A stretch of DNA of 64,000 nt from an uncultured delta proteobacterium. GTDB lineage: Bacteria; Myxococcota_A; Polyangia; Polyangiales; B10-G4. A program made the translations under genes and the position numbers. Of the stretch, positions 49,927 through 60,703 are shown one piece after another. Positions within the stretch are counted from its first letter, which is position 1, and the number at the start of each line of letters is the position of its first letter. The stretch covers positions 96,001 to 160,000 of the forward strand of contig CAVSGI010000005.1 in the NCBI GenBank assembly GCA_963727445.1. The letters are read 5' to 3'. The notes beneath the pieces were generated by a model that was given only the letters and a program-made list of their open reading frames with translations, had not been told where the DNA came from and ran no database searches.

Positions 49927-52338
49927 CTACCGAATGAGGAGCGTGCCGGCCTGCACGCGGTTCTCGCTCGCCTCGGGCCCGCTGATGATCTCCATCCGCG
50001 TCTCGCCGGCGAAGAGGCCGATGTAGATGGTGTAGCGGCCCGGGCGGTAATTGCCGGGCACCGTCAGCTCCTGGCGGTCGACGACGATGTCACCCTCGTC
50101 CCAGAGCCGCACGGGGTAGCGGTCGTTCACTGGCTCATGGTCGCCGTGGATGCGGTTTCCGTTGCCGTCGATGTGCACGAACATCTTCCAGCTGCCGGGT
50201 GCGGGCGCCAGCGCCTTCCAGTACCAGGTGATGGTGAAGTCCTCGCCCGAGCCGACATAACCGTCGTGTGGCAGGTCGAGGTCGTAGCCGATGAGCTCGA
50301 TCTTGTCGGCGAGATTCGCGTGCACCGGGAACTGCGGGGTGGGCTCTTCGTCCACCACGAACTCCGCGATGTAGTTCTGGTCCTCGATGCCCTGGACGGG
50401 CTGGTTGACGGCGAGCACCACGCGCGCGCTTCGCGCGTCGGCGATGAAGAGGTGATCGCCAGTGCGCCGGCGATAGGCGCGGTCGATCTGTGCGAGCTCG
50501 TCCGCTGGGAACGCCGCCCAGCGCCGCTCTTCGGACCCGGCGAGGAAGTCGAGGAGCTCGTTCTGCTGGCCGATCTCCTCGACCTCGCCTTCGGCGTAAT
50601 AGGCCGCGGCGCGCCCGCCGACGCGATACTCGCCGAGCACCTCGCCGCTCGCCGCGTGACGATTGAAGGTGTCGTAGACCTCGCGCGGCGAGAAGTGGGC
50701 CGAGAGCGCCGGCAGATAGCCCTGCGAGGCGTATCCACCCACGAGCACACCCGCGAGGAGCAGCGGGACGAAGCGATACCGTCCGATGCGCGGCGCGACC
50801 GCCCACGCAGCCTGAGCGCCGGCGATCAGCACGGGCACGACCACGATGATCAGACCGAGGCGCTTGCTCCACTTCATCACGATGATGGTGAGCCCCATCG
50901 CCTCGCCGCCGATCATCGCGACGAGGGCCCAGACCGGGAAGATCAGCAGGAACACGCCGGCGGCGATCATCCACAAGCGAACGGGCACGTTGCCTTCGCG
51001 CCAGCGCTCACGGGCGTAGCGGTAGGGCGCCTTGAGGTCGAGCTTGCGGGCCTCCCCCGGCGCCGACATGAAGCCGACCACGACGGCGGCCCCGAAGACC
51101 GAGAGCACCAGCCCCCACCACTTGCGGGGGTTGAAGACCTCCGGGACCGTGAGCTCCTGGACGGAGATTCCGTCCACCGGCCCGCCGGGGTAGAGGGAGA
51201 AGTCACGGAGGATCAGGCCGGTGAAGAGCGCTCCGACCACCGCGGCGACCGGGAAGGTCGCCTTGGACGACTCCACGTCACGGAGCAGGACGGCAACGGC
51301 AGCGGCGAGCGCCACCACCGGCACGTACGTCCCCGGGCCGTAGCGCGCCTCGAAGAGGGTGAGGGCACCGTAGCCGAAGGCTGCCCAGAGCATGATCGAC
51401 AGGCGGAACGCGGCGCGCGCCCGCTCGTCGTCCTCGGAGAGCTTCTCGTCGTCGGCCGAGGCCGGCGGCTTGCCGAGAAGCAGCCAGCCGATCGCCACCG
51501 GAAGGATGGCGCTCCACGGTGCGAAGGCATGGAAGATGGTCTCGATCACCGCGTCGAAGGTGGGCGGGTTGCCGCCGCGCGGCTTACCGCCGAGCCAGGA
51601 CGAGTAGTCGGCCACGTCCGCGACGACCGCGTTCGCCACCCCGAGGGCCAGGACCAGCGCCACGGCGACGATGCCGATGGCGATGTAACCCTGCACCCGG
51701 CCTTCGCCTTCGGGCTTCTTCAGAGAACCGGTGAAGACCACCGCGAGCGCCACCGCCCCCAGCGGCGCCAGCGCTCCGAGGAGCGCGCCGCGCGTGCCGA
51801 TGCCGAGGACCAGACCGCCAGCGGCCAACAGGAGCCACAGCGCTGTGTTTCGCTTTCGCGTCTTGTCGTCCGCGTCCCTGGCGGCGGGCCGGTAGATGGC
51901 CGAGAGGGCGCCGAGGGCGATCATCGCCTGGGCGCAGAAGGCGGGGGCGTCGCCGAGCATCTGCCGGCTGTTGAAGAGGAAGAGCGGCGAGGTGCCAGCG
52001 ATCACCGCCGCGTACACGCCGGCCCGCTCGCCTTCGAAGCGGCGCACCAGGAAGAAGGCGACGGCCACCGCCGACAGACCGGCCAGGGCCATCCCCACAC
52101 GCCCCGCCCACTCGGACACGCCGAACGCCGCGAAGCCGGCTGCCACGAACCAGCGCTCGAAGGCCGGACGGGTGAGCTCCTCCGCGTGACCGGCGAGGAG
52201 CTTCCGCGCCTCATCGGCGGTGTTGAGCTCCCAGGGGTCCCAGATCCCGAAGCGCGACAGGCCGAGGAAGAGGATCAGCGCCACAGCGGCGATCGCTGCG
52301 CCGGCCCACATCCGTCCCTGGCGTTTGTCGAGCTCCAT
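49927..52338 (-). CDS. GT-C fold glycosyltransferase (GT39/ArnT/PMT-like) with periplasmic C-terminal domain
   Basis: IWDPWE, AFGVSEWAGR, many TM helices; C-terminal YWKA...FVHID. Confidence 0.75.
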   Translation of the reverse strand: MELDKRQGRMWAGAAIAAVALILFLGLSRFGIWDPWELNTADEARKLLAGHAEELTRPAFERWFVAAGFAAFGVSEWAGRVGMALAGLSAVAVAFFLVRRFEGERAGVYAAVIAGTSPLFLFNSRQMLGDAPAFCAQAMIALGALSAIYRPAARDADDKTRKRNTALWLLLAAGGLVLGIGTRGALLGALAPLGAVALAVVFTGSLKKPEGEGRVQGYIAIGIVAVALVLALGVANAVVADVADYSSWLGGKPRGGNPPTFDAVIETIFHAFAPWSAILPVAIGWLLLGKPPASADDEKLSEDDERARAAFRLSIMLWAAFGYGALTLFEARYGPGTYVPVVALAAAVAVLLRDVESSKATFPVAAVVGALFTGLILRDFSLYPGGPVDGISVQELTVPEVFNPRKWWGLVLSVFGAAVVVGFMSAPGEARKLDLKAPYRYARERWREGNVPVRLWMIAAGVFLLIFPVWALVAMIGGEAMGLTIIVMKWSKRLGLIIVVVPVLIAGAQAAWAVAPRIGRYRFVPLLLAGVLVGGYASQGYLPALSAHFSPREVYDTFNRHAASGEVLGEYRVGGRAAAYYAEGEVEEIGQQNELLDFLAGSEERRWAAFPADELAQIDRAYRRRTGDHLFIADARSARVVLAVNQPVQGIEDQNYIAEFVVDEEPTPQFPVHANLADKIELIGYDLDLPHDGYVGSGEDFTITWYWKALAPAPGSWKMFVHIDGNGNRIHGDHEPVNDRYPVRLWDEGDIVVDRQELTVPGNYRPGRYTIYIGLFAGETRMEIISGPEASENRVQAGTLLIR

Positions 52339-52383
52339 ACGCGAAATTGAAGAAAGCGCTATCGTCTAGCGTACTTCGGCCAT

Positions 52384-53916
52384 CTAGTCCATCGGCTCTT
52401 CGGCCGTGGAAGACCCGGCGCCTTCCGCGTGGCCAGAGCCGCCCTCTCGGGAAGGACCTCCCCCGATGTCGATGGCCCTGAGCTCTCGGCGCAGCCGCTG
52501 CACCTGGGATCGGAATCGCGGGAGGTTTCGGCGCGGCATCATCCGCCCGGGCCCGTTGATCTCGGCCAGCGGGTCGACGAATTGCCCGTTGTGCTTGAGC
52601 CCGAAGTGCAGGTGCGGTCCGGTGGAGCGACCCGTCGAGCCGACGTAGCCGATGAGCTGGCGCTGCTCCACGGTGTCGCCCCGCGACAGGCCCCGCGCGA
52701 AGCGGCTCAGGTGTGCATAGAAAGAGTCGTAGCCGTTGGCGTGGTGGATCGCGATCAGGTTGCCGTTCGCCCCCTTCTCGCCGATCCAGGTGATGGTCCC
52801 GTCCGCGGTGGCGTACACCGGCGCGCCCGTCCCCGCGGCGTAGTCGACGCCAGTGTGCGGATGGATGCGGTGCAGGATCGGGTGCATCCGGCGAAGGTCG
52901 AAGCGGGAGCTGATGCGGTCGTACTGCACGGGGGTGCGCAGCCAACCGCCGCGGACCGCGCGGCCGTCCTCTTCGTAGAATTCGCCTTCGTCCTCGCCGG
53001 GCGGAACGAACCAGAAGGCGCGCAGCTCGCCTGCCCGCTCGCCGACGTACTCCACGGCGTGCACCGTGCCCCAGCCGTAGAACTCGCCGTTGATGCGCTC
53101 CTCTTCGGCGATGATGCGGAAGGTGTCGCCCTGGCGTGCCTGGGTGTTGAAGTTGACCTTGCCCTCGAAGGCCTCGATGAAGCGCCCCACCAGCGCACGC
53201 CCGAGCCCCGCCGTCTCGAAGGCTGCGCCGAGGGACGACTGCACGCGTCCTCCCGATGCGACACGTCGCGTCTCGATGGGCACCTCCACCTTCTCGCCCC
53301 GGAGCTCGCCGTTTCGCGCGCGCGTCACCTGGTAGTACTCGATGCTGCTGCCGCGGTACTCGAAGAGCACGAGGTCGCCGTCCGTGTCCCGCTCGAAGAT
53401 CAGCAGGTCCTCCGGGCGACAGCGGCGAAAGTCCATCACGTCCTCGAGCGCGTCTTCGAGGTCGTCGTACTCCTCGGCACTCGCGCCCGCGGCGATCATG
53501 GCGTCCCGGAAGCCGCGCGAGTTTCCGAAGCGACTCACCCGTCGCGACACGGCGCCCAGAGCCGTCGGCTCTCCGCCTTCGGGATCCGGTGGCGGGGCGG
53601 CCGGCTGAGCCTCGGCCGTGGTCGGCGCGCCGTCGTCTTCAGAGGCCTCGTCGTCGGCCTCCGTGTCCTCTGCTTCGCCCGTGGCGGCCGAGGCTTCGTC
53701 CTCGCCCGCGGGGCTCTCCTCGGTGGCGCCGGCGGAGCCGAAGTCCACCACCACGAAGGCCACCACCGCAGCGGCGGTGAGACTCACGGCGGCAGCCAGG
53801 AGCGCGATCTGCCGCATCCGCGCGTCACGCCGCTGATGCCGCAAGAGCGGCATGTTCACCGACGGAAGGGGCCGGTGGAGCGGATCTTCCTCCGCTGGCG
53901 TCTCCTCCACCGACAT
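52384..53916 (-). CDS. M23 family peptidoglycan endopeptidase (MepM/Csd3-like)
   Basis: One TM; HTGVDY (HxxxD), YAHL, GPHLHF. Confidence 0.92.
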   Translation of the reverse strand: MSVEETPAEEDPLHRPLPSVNMPLLRHQRRDARMRQIALLAAAVSLTAAAVVAFVVVDFGSAGATEESPAGEDEASAATGEAEDTEADDEASEDDGAPTTAEAQPAAPPPDPEGGEPTALGAVSRRVSRFGNSRGFRDAMIAAGASAEEYDDLEDALEDVMDFRRCRPEDLLIFERDTDGDLVLFEYRGSSIEYYQVTRARNGELRGEKVEVPIETRRVASGGRVQSSLGAAFETAGLGRALVGRFIEAFEGKVNFNTQARQGDTFRIIAEEERINGEFYGWGTVHAVEYVGERAGELRAFWFVPPGEDEGEFYEEDGRAVRGGWLRTPVQYDRISSRFDLRRMHPILHRIHPHTGVDYAAGTGAPVYATADGTITWIGEKGANGNLIAIHHANGYDSFYAHLSRFARGLSRGDTVEQRQLIGYVGSTGRSTGPHLHFGLKHNGQFVDPLAEINGPGRMMPRRNLPRFRSQVQRLRRELRAIDIGGGPSREGGSGHAEGAGSSTAEEPMD

Positions 53917-54106
53917 CGGGCCCAGGGATATCAGCGGTCCTGGGGGTGCGCAACGCGACCACTCCCCTCGCTTTCGAGGGCTGATCACAGAATCTCAGCA
54001 CTTTCCGGCGTCCCATCCATCCGGAACGGGGACGATGCTCCCGTGGAGCAACCAGCGAACGGGGAGGATGAGCGGCGACGGCGGCATGCCGCCGCCCTGA
54101 GGTCCG

Positions 54107-55078
54107 CTACGCGTCGAACATCCCGATCGCCCACCTCAGCGTGTCGCGATCGATGTTGTGTCCCGAGTGCACGATCACCACGCGCTTGCCCGCGAGGGAC
54201 TCGTGGACCTTCCACGCGGCGGCGAACGCCGAAGCGGCCGCGCCCTCGCAGAGGTTGTGGGTGGTCTCCATGCACAGGCGCACGGCCTTCTTCATCTCGT
54301 CTTCGCTGACGAGCACCACGCGGTCGACCTGATCCTTCACGATGGAGAAGGGCACCTCGAAGGCGAAGCGCGTCGCGAGGCCATCGGCGAAGGTGTCAGC
54401 GGCGTCGACGTGTTCGAGCTGGCCGCTCTCGAGGGAGCGGGCGAGGGCGTTGGCGCGCTCCGACTGCACGGCGATGATCTCGACATCGGGCCTGAGCGTC
54501 CGGAGCGCGACCACCGTCCCGGCGAGGAGGCTCCCGCCACCGACGGGCACGATCACCGTGTCCACGTCGGGCAGGTCCTCGGCGATCTCCATGGCGTGGG
54601 TGCCGATGCCCGCGATGAGGAGCGGCTCGTTGGCGACGTGGGCGTAGTAGAGCGACTCGTTCTTCGCGCGGGCCTCGGCCTCGGCGCGGGCCTCGTCGAA
54701 GTCGCGGCCGTGCTCCACCACCTCGGCGCCGAGGGCCTCCATGACGGCGTTCTTTTCGGGGTTGTTGCCCTTGGGGACGTAGATCACCGCCCGCGAGCCG
54801 AAGGCCCGGGCGGCCCAGGCCATGGACAGGCCGTGGTTGCCGCGGGTGGCGGTGATGGTGCCCCGGCGCCTCTGGACGTCGGAGAGGTTCGCGAAGAGAT
54901 TCACCCCGCCCCGGACCTTGAAGGCGCCGATGGGCAGGTGGTTCTCGTGCTTCACGTAGGCGTCGAAGCCCATCCGTGCGCTCAGCAGGCTGTAGCGGTA
55001 GAGGGGCGTTCGGTTGAGGTAGCGGTGGACGACGGGCCAGGCGCGAAGGATGTCTCGGTAGGTGACTGCAGGCTCCAC
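54107..55078 (-). CDS. PLP-dependent threonine/serine dehydratase family
   Basis: KHENHLPIGAFKVRG, TRGNHG, PVGGGSL, SGHN. Confidence 0.9.
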   Translation of the reverse strand: MEPAVTYRDILRAWPVVHRYLNRTPLYRYSLLSARMGFDAYVKHENHLPIGAFKVRGGVNLFANLSDVQRRRGTITATRGNHGLSMAWAARAFGSRAVIYVPKGNNPEKNAVMEALGAEVVEHGRDFDEARAEAEARAKNESLYYAHVANEPLLIAGIGTHAMEIAEDLPDVDTVIVPVGGGSLLAGTVVALRTLRPDVEIIAVQSERANALARSLESGQLEHVDAADTFADGLATRFAFEVPFSIVKDQVDRVVLVSEDEMKKAVRLCMETTHNLCEGAAASAFAAAWKVHESLAGKRVVIVHSGHNIDRDTLRWAIGMFDA

Positions 55079-55144
55079 GAATCCTCTGTGATCGCCCGGA
55101 GATCGAGGGGGCGAAGGAGGGAATGGTACACACGCCTGGCTCGC

Positions 55145-55173
55145 TTGACACCTCCCAGGGGCGGCGTTATCCC
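55145..55173 (+). promoter_or_regulatory. Sigma-70-like promoter of tRNA-Val
   Basis: TTGACA-N17-TATCCC. Confidence 0.6.
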
Positions 55174-55209
55174 TCCGCTTCCCGATTCAAGGGAACATGA
55201 GAGAGATCC

Positions 55210-55281
55210 AGGCACGTAGCTCAGTGGGAGAGCACTACATTGACACTGTAGGGGTCGGCGGTTCAATCCCGCCCGTGCCTA
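55210..55281 (+). tRNA. tRNA-Val(GAC), CCA not encoded
   Basis: Acceptor AGGCACG/CGTGCCT; anticodon arm CTACA-TTGACAC-TGTAG; GGTTCAATCC T-loop; followed by CTA, not CCA. Confidence 0.95.
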
Positions 55282-55296
55282 CTAACCCTACGAGAG

Positions 55297-55377
55297 GCGT
55301 CGGCCCCCGGAGGCGCCGCGGAGACGCAGCGCCGCGGAGCGGTGCGGAGTCGCAGCTGCGCCGCAGTGGGCCGACGC
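55297..55377. repeat. Long imperfect palindrome between tRNA-Val and thrS
   Basis: 38-nt arms (55297-55334 and 55340-55377), 29 of 38 positions Watson-Crick. Confidence 0.75.
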
Positions 55378-55402
55378 TGGATTGCGCCCCCGGCTGCCCC
55401 TC

Positions 55403-57375
55403 ATGACGACGGCCCGCGAGGCCCTCGAAGCGGACGGCAAGCTTCGCCCCGATGTCGTCGCCGCGCGCGTCGACGGGCAGGTGCTCGACCTGATGACGCC
55501 CGTTCCCGAGGGCGCGCAGAAGGTCGAGCCCATCGGGGCCGACCATCCGGACGCCCTGGCCGTCATCCGACACTCGTCGAGTCACGTGATGGCCGACGCG
55601 GTCCAGCGGCTCTTCCCCGGCACCAAGGTGGCCTTCGGTCCCGCGACCGACAACGGCTTCTACTACGACTACGACCGCCCCTCGGGGAAGTTCGACGACG
55701 ACGACCTTCGCGCCATCGAAAAGAAGATGGGCGAGATCATCGCCGAGGATCATCCCTTCCGCCGCGAGACGGTCAGTGGCGACGAAGCGCGCAAGCTCCT
55801 CAGCGACATGGGCGAGACCTACAAGCTCGAGCACCTCGAGCGGCTCTTGTCCATGGGCGAGCGAGATCAGCATCTATCGCCACGGCGACTGGGTGGACCT
55901 CTGCGAGGGCCCCCACGTGCCGAGCACGCGCTTTCTCAAGGCCTTTCAGCTCACCAACGTCGCCGGCGCCTACTGGCGGGGCGACGAGCGCAATCCGATG
56001 CTGCAGCGCATCTACGGCACGGCGTTCCCCAATCAGAAGGCGCTCAAGAAATACCTCAAGCAGCTCGAAGAGGCGAAGGCGCGCGACCACCGCAAGCTCG
56101 GCAAGGAGCTCGAGCTCATCGCCTTCGATCCGCTCGCCGCCGGCGTCGCCCTTCTTCCTGCCGCGCGGCGCCAAGGTCTACAACGCGCTCATCGACTACG
56201 TGCGCGGGCTCTACGGCCGCTACGGCTACGAAGAGGTCGTCACGCCGCAGGTCTTCGACAACGAGCTCTTCCTCACGTCGGGACACCTGCCGGCCTATGC
56301 CGAGAACATGTTCCTGGGCGCGACCATCGAGGACATCGAGTCCGCCTCCGAGAAGCTCGAAGAGCAGGCGAAGAAGGGCGGCCTCACCGCCGGCGACATC
56401 GAGGCGCAGCTCCGCAGCTCGATCCGCTACGGCGTCAAGCCGATGAACTGCCCGGCGCACTGCCGGATGTTCAACTTCAAGAAGCGCAGCTACCGCGAGC
56501 TCCCCTGGCGCGTCGCCGACTTCGGCCGTCTCCACCGCTTCGAGCGGAGCGGCGTCACCCAGGGCCTGACCCGCGTGCGCACCTTCTCGCAGGACGACGC
56601 GCACATCTTCTGCACCCAGGAGCAGGTGCCGGGGGAGATCACCTCCTTCATCGACCTGGTCTTCGAGGTCTATCGCGACTTCGGCTTCAGCGACGCGCGC
56701 ATCGTCATCGCCACGCGCCCCGACGAGCGCCTGGGCGACGACGCCCTCTGGGACATGGCGGAGGCCGCCCTCGAGGAGGGCGTGAAGCAGAAGGGCCTGC
56801 CCTACGAGATCGCCGAAGGGGAGGGCGCCTTCTACGGCCCCAAGATCGAGTTCCATCTGAAGGACGCCATCGGACGCCCCTGGCAGCTCGGCACCATCCA
56901 GGCGGACTACAACCTGCCCAATCGCTTCGACCTCGAGTACGTCGGCGAGGACAACGAGGGCCACCGCCCCGTGATGCTTCACCGCGCCGTCCTCGGTTCG
57001 GTCGAGCGCTTCTATGGGGTGCTCATCGAGCACGTGGGTGGCGCCTTCCCGACCTGGCTCGCCCCGGAGCAGGTGGCGCTCCTCACCGTCAGCGAGAAGT
57101 TCGACGACTACGCCCGCGAGGCCGAGGCCGAGCTGGCGAAGGCCCACATCCGCGTCGTCACGGACCTTTCGAGCGACAAGCTCGGCGCGAAGATTCGCCG
57201 CGCCCGTCTGATGCGAATCCCTTATCTCGGCGTGATCGGTGAGAAGGAAGTCGAGGCGCACGGCCTCGCCATCCGGTCGCGGGACGAGAACAAAGATCTC
57301 GGGCTCATGCCCCTTTCCGACGTGATCGCGAGGGTGAAAGCGGAAGCGCTGCCCCCTTCGCAGCGGGGACAATGA
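55403..57375 (+). CDS. thrS: Threonyl-tRNA synthetase (two frameshifts, near 55862 and 56139)
   Basis: [52 protein letters not shown]. Confidence 0.97.
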
Positions 57376-57429
57376 GGCGTATGCTCGAATGTTCGGGGGA
57401 TTGCCCTCGCTTGCAGGAGGAAATGAGTC

Positions 57430-58032
<603 letters not shown>

Positions 58033-58036
58033 AGGG

Positions 58037-59326
58037 TTGAGCCGACAACCCGTCACTCTGAGGGCCACCCACATCGATCTCGGCGGCGCAGCCGTCTGCC
58101 CCGCCGGGGATCGAAGGGTGGAGGTGCATGGTCTCTTCGGGGGAGAAGTGGCGGATGTCCGCGTCGTCCATCGCTCGCGACAGCGGCCGGTGGACGTGGG
58201 CGAGCTCGTCACGCTGCAGACGCCCGATCCCGAAAGACGTGAGGCTCCGTGTCCGAACCACGCGTCGCGTCCGCGCGGTCGCTGCACCGGCTGCCCGCTG
58301 ATGGCGCTGGGCGAGGACGCGCAGCGTGCACAGAAGCGCGCGATGCTCGCCGCGCTCGGGCTCGACGTCGAGGCGGTGCGCGCGGTCGGAGACGCGCTCG
58401 GGTACCGCCACTCGAGCAAGCGCGTGGCCATGCGCGCGGGCCAGAGCCTCACGCTCGGGAGCTGGGTGCGCGGCACGCACGACGGCGCGTGGATGGTCGG
58501 TTGCCTCGTCAATCATCCGCTGATCGCGCGCGCAGCCGACGAGATCGGTCACGCGGCGCGCGCGCTCGGACTTCGCGCCCACGACGAGGCGACCGGGGAG
58601 GGCGACCTCCGCTACGTGTGGCTGAAGACCGACGGGACGCGCGTGGTGACGACGCTCATCGCTGCCTCGGAATCGAGCCGCGCGCGCGAGCTCGCGCCTC
58701 GTCTGTCGGCGAGCGATGCGGTGGCGTTCAGCGTCCAGGCGTCGGGGGGGAACGCCATCCGCGGCGGCACGCCGGAGGTGCTCGCCGGAGACGCAGAGCT
58801 GCACGTCTCCCTCGGCGGCACCGTCGTGCGCACCGGCCCCCTCGGCTTTCTCCAACCCAACCCGAGCGCCATCGCCGAGGCCTACCGCGCGCTCGTCGCC
58901 GACGAAGCGGGCGAGCCGCTCGCGGGCGCGCGCGCCTTCGACCTCTACGCGGGAGTGGGCGTCACCACCGCGATGCTCCGCGCGCGCTTCGAGACGGTCG
59001 AGCCCTGCGAGAGCTATCCGGAGAGCGCCGCGGCGCTGGGCGTCGAGCCGACGCGAGTCGAGGAGTTTGTCCGCGCCCGCGAAGACGCGCCGGAGCTGAT
59101 CGTCGCCAACCCGCCCCGAAAGGGGCTCGGCCCGGCGGTGACCGACGCGCTGATCGCACTCGGCGCGCCGCGTCTTCATCTCATGAGCTGCGGCCCCGAA
59201 GGCCTGCGCCGCGACCTCGACCGGCTCGAAGCGGGCGGCTACGCGCTCCGCTCCCTCGAAGCCTTCGACACGCTGCCGCAGACGCCCCACGTCGAGCTGG
59301 TGGCGAGGCTGGTACGCGCGAGCTGA
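58037..59326 (+). CDS. RlmD/TrmA-family RNA m5U methyltransferase with Fe-S Cys motif
   Basis: C...CTGC, GFLQPN, DLYAGVG, NPPRKG, MSC, PQTPHVE. Confidence 0.85.
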   Translation: MSRQPVTLRATHIDLGGAAVCPAGDRRVEVHGLFGGEVADVRVVHRSRQRPVDVGELVTLQTPDPERREAPCPNHASRPRGRCTGCPLMALGEDAQRAQKRAMLAALGLDVEAVRAVGDALGYRHSSKRVAMRAGQSLTLGSWVRGTHDGAWMVGCLVNHPLIARAADEIGHAARALGLRAHDEATGEGDLRYVWLKTDGTRVVTTLIAASESSRARELAPRLSASDAVAFSVQASGGNAIRGGTPEVLAGDAELHVSLGGTVVRTGPLGFLQPNPSAIAEAYRALVADEAGEPLAGARAFDLYAGVGVTTAMLRARFETVEPCESYPESAAALGVEPTRVEEFVRAREDAPELIVANPPRKGLGPAVTDALIALGAPRLHLMSCGPEGLRRDLDRLEAGGYALRSLEAFDTLPQTPHVELVARLVRAS

Positions 59327-59338
59327 TATGCTCGGGGA

Positions 59339-60397
59339 GTGCGTGCGCTCCTCGTCGCCCTCGCAGTCGCGGCGGGCTGTAGCCTCTCGTCGTCGGCGAT
59401 CGCACCGGGCAGCGATGGAGGGCCTGGTGACAGCGCGACCGACTCGGGCTTGGATGCGTTTGTCACCGACACGACCGTTCCGCCGGGCGACGGTGCCCCT
59501 GCCGACGTGTCCCCGAGCGACAGCATGGCGTCGGACGCGCCGATCGCGGACGCCGCCCCCGACGCCGGCCTGCGGGACTACTACGACATCGACTGGCAGC
59601 GGCCCTCCGCGATCCCGAACACCGTCGACACCGACTACTGCGAGACCGACGCCGCGACCACCGGCGACATGCGCTGGCTCTACTTCACCCGGAGCACGAG
59701 CGACCGCGACTGCTACGCGGACCGCCGCATCCACGTGATGGCGTGGAACGACGGCACGCCCGGCTCTCCCTCCGGCGTCCTGCCCGTCTTCGACAGCGGG
59801 AGCGCGCCCGAGACCAACGTGCATCCGATGGGTGGCGCCGCCGCCGGCCGGGCGGGCGACGTCCTCCTCTTCCACGTGGCGGTCCCGGGGGGCGGCCGGG
59901 ACATCCACGCAGAGTGGCTGCGAACCGACGCGATGGGCCGGCCGATGGTGCCCGACGGATCGCCCCTCGAGATCTCGGCCGTCAACACCGCCGATGCCGA
60001 GTCCGACCCCACGGTGAGCGCGGACGGGAGCGAGCTGATCTTCACGCGCTTCGGCGACCTCTACTCCGTTCGTGGCACGCCCCCCGACAGCTACGGTGCG
60101 CCCACGCTGATCAGCGAGCTCAGCACGGGGGACAACGAGCTCGACCCCGCGCTCTCCCCGGATGGGCGGGTCATCGCCTTCGCGCGCCAGGGCGGCGACC
60201 AGGACATTTACGTCGCGCGGCGCCGCGACCCCGCCGGCCCCTTCGAGCCCCCGACCCACCTCTCCCGCGGGCCGATGGAGATCAACCACACGAGCGACGA
60301 GCTCGACTGCTTCATCACGGCCGACGGAGACCTCCTCTTCACCACCGACCGCGACGGGTCCACCCGCCTGTGGCGCGCACCCCTCCGATCTCCTTGA
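59339..60397 (+). CDS. Lipoprotein with PD40/TolB-like beta-propeller repeats
   Basis: Lipobox AAGC; DPTVSADGSELIFT, DPALSPDGRVIAFA, FITADGDLLFTTDR. Confidence 0.8.
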   Translation: MRALLVALAVAAGCSLSSSAIAPGSDGGPGDSATDSGLDAFVTDTTVPPGDGAPADVSPSDSMASDAPIADAAPDAGLRDYYDIDWQRPSAIPNTVDTDYCETDAATTGDMRWLYFTRSTSDRDCYADRRIHVMAWNDGTPGSPSGVLPVFDSGSAPETNVHPMGGAAAGRAGDVLLFHVAVPGGGRDIHAEWLRTDAMGRPMVPDGSPLEISAVNTADAESDPTVSADGSELIFTRFGDLYSVRGTPPDSYGAPTLISELSTGDNELDPALSPDGRVIAFARQGGDQDIYVARRRDPAGPFEPPTHLSRGPMEINHTSDELDCFITADGDLLFTTDRDGSTRLWRAPLRSP

Positions 60398-60421
60398 CTT
60401 TTCGAGGCCGCCGGCTAGGTT
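60394..60421 (+). promoter_or_regulatory. Sigma-70-like promoter of rpmI-rplT
   Basis: TTGACT-N16-TAGGTT. Confidence 0.55.
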
Positions 60422-60491
60422 GCGCGCTCTGCTGCGTAGGCCCGCGTGCGCGCTGGGTCTGCGTCTAGAAGGAAAAAGCAAGGAATTACAA

Positions 60492-60692
60492 ATGCCTAAG
60501 ATGAAGACAAACCGCGCTGCGGCCAAGCGTCTCCGGGTTACCGGGAGCGGCCGAGTGCGCCGGGCGAAGGCCGGCAAGAGCCACCTGATGCGGGGCAAGT
60601 CCTCCCGTCGGCTGCGCCGCCTCCAGAAGAACGACATGGTCGCCAAGCAGGACGAGAAGAACGCCAAGCGGCTTCTTCCCTACCAGTGGTGA
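60492..60692 (+). CDS. rpmI: 50S ribosomal protein L35
   Basis: MPKMKTNRAAAKR...SHL...LLPY. Confidence 0.97.
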   Translation: MPKMKTNRAAAKRLRVTGSGRVRRAKAGKSHLMRGKSSRRLRRLQKNDMVAKQDEKNAKRLLPYQW

Positions 60693-60703
60693 GGTTCTGA
60701 GCC

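Noticed and set aside
55210..55400. tRNA as an integration site for an island or prophage
   Set aside because: No integrase, no duplicated tRNA 3' end seen, and thrS follows directly
55850..56150. Programmed frameshifting or pseudogenisation of thrS
   Set aside because: No slippery sequence; same single-base-insertion pattern as many unrelated genes in the window
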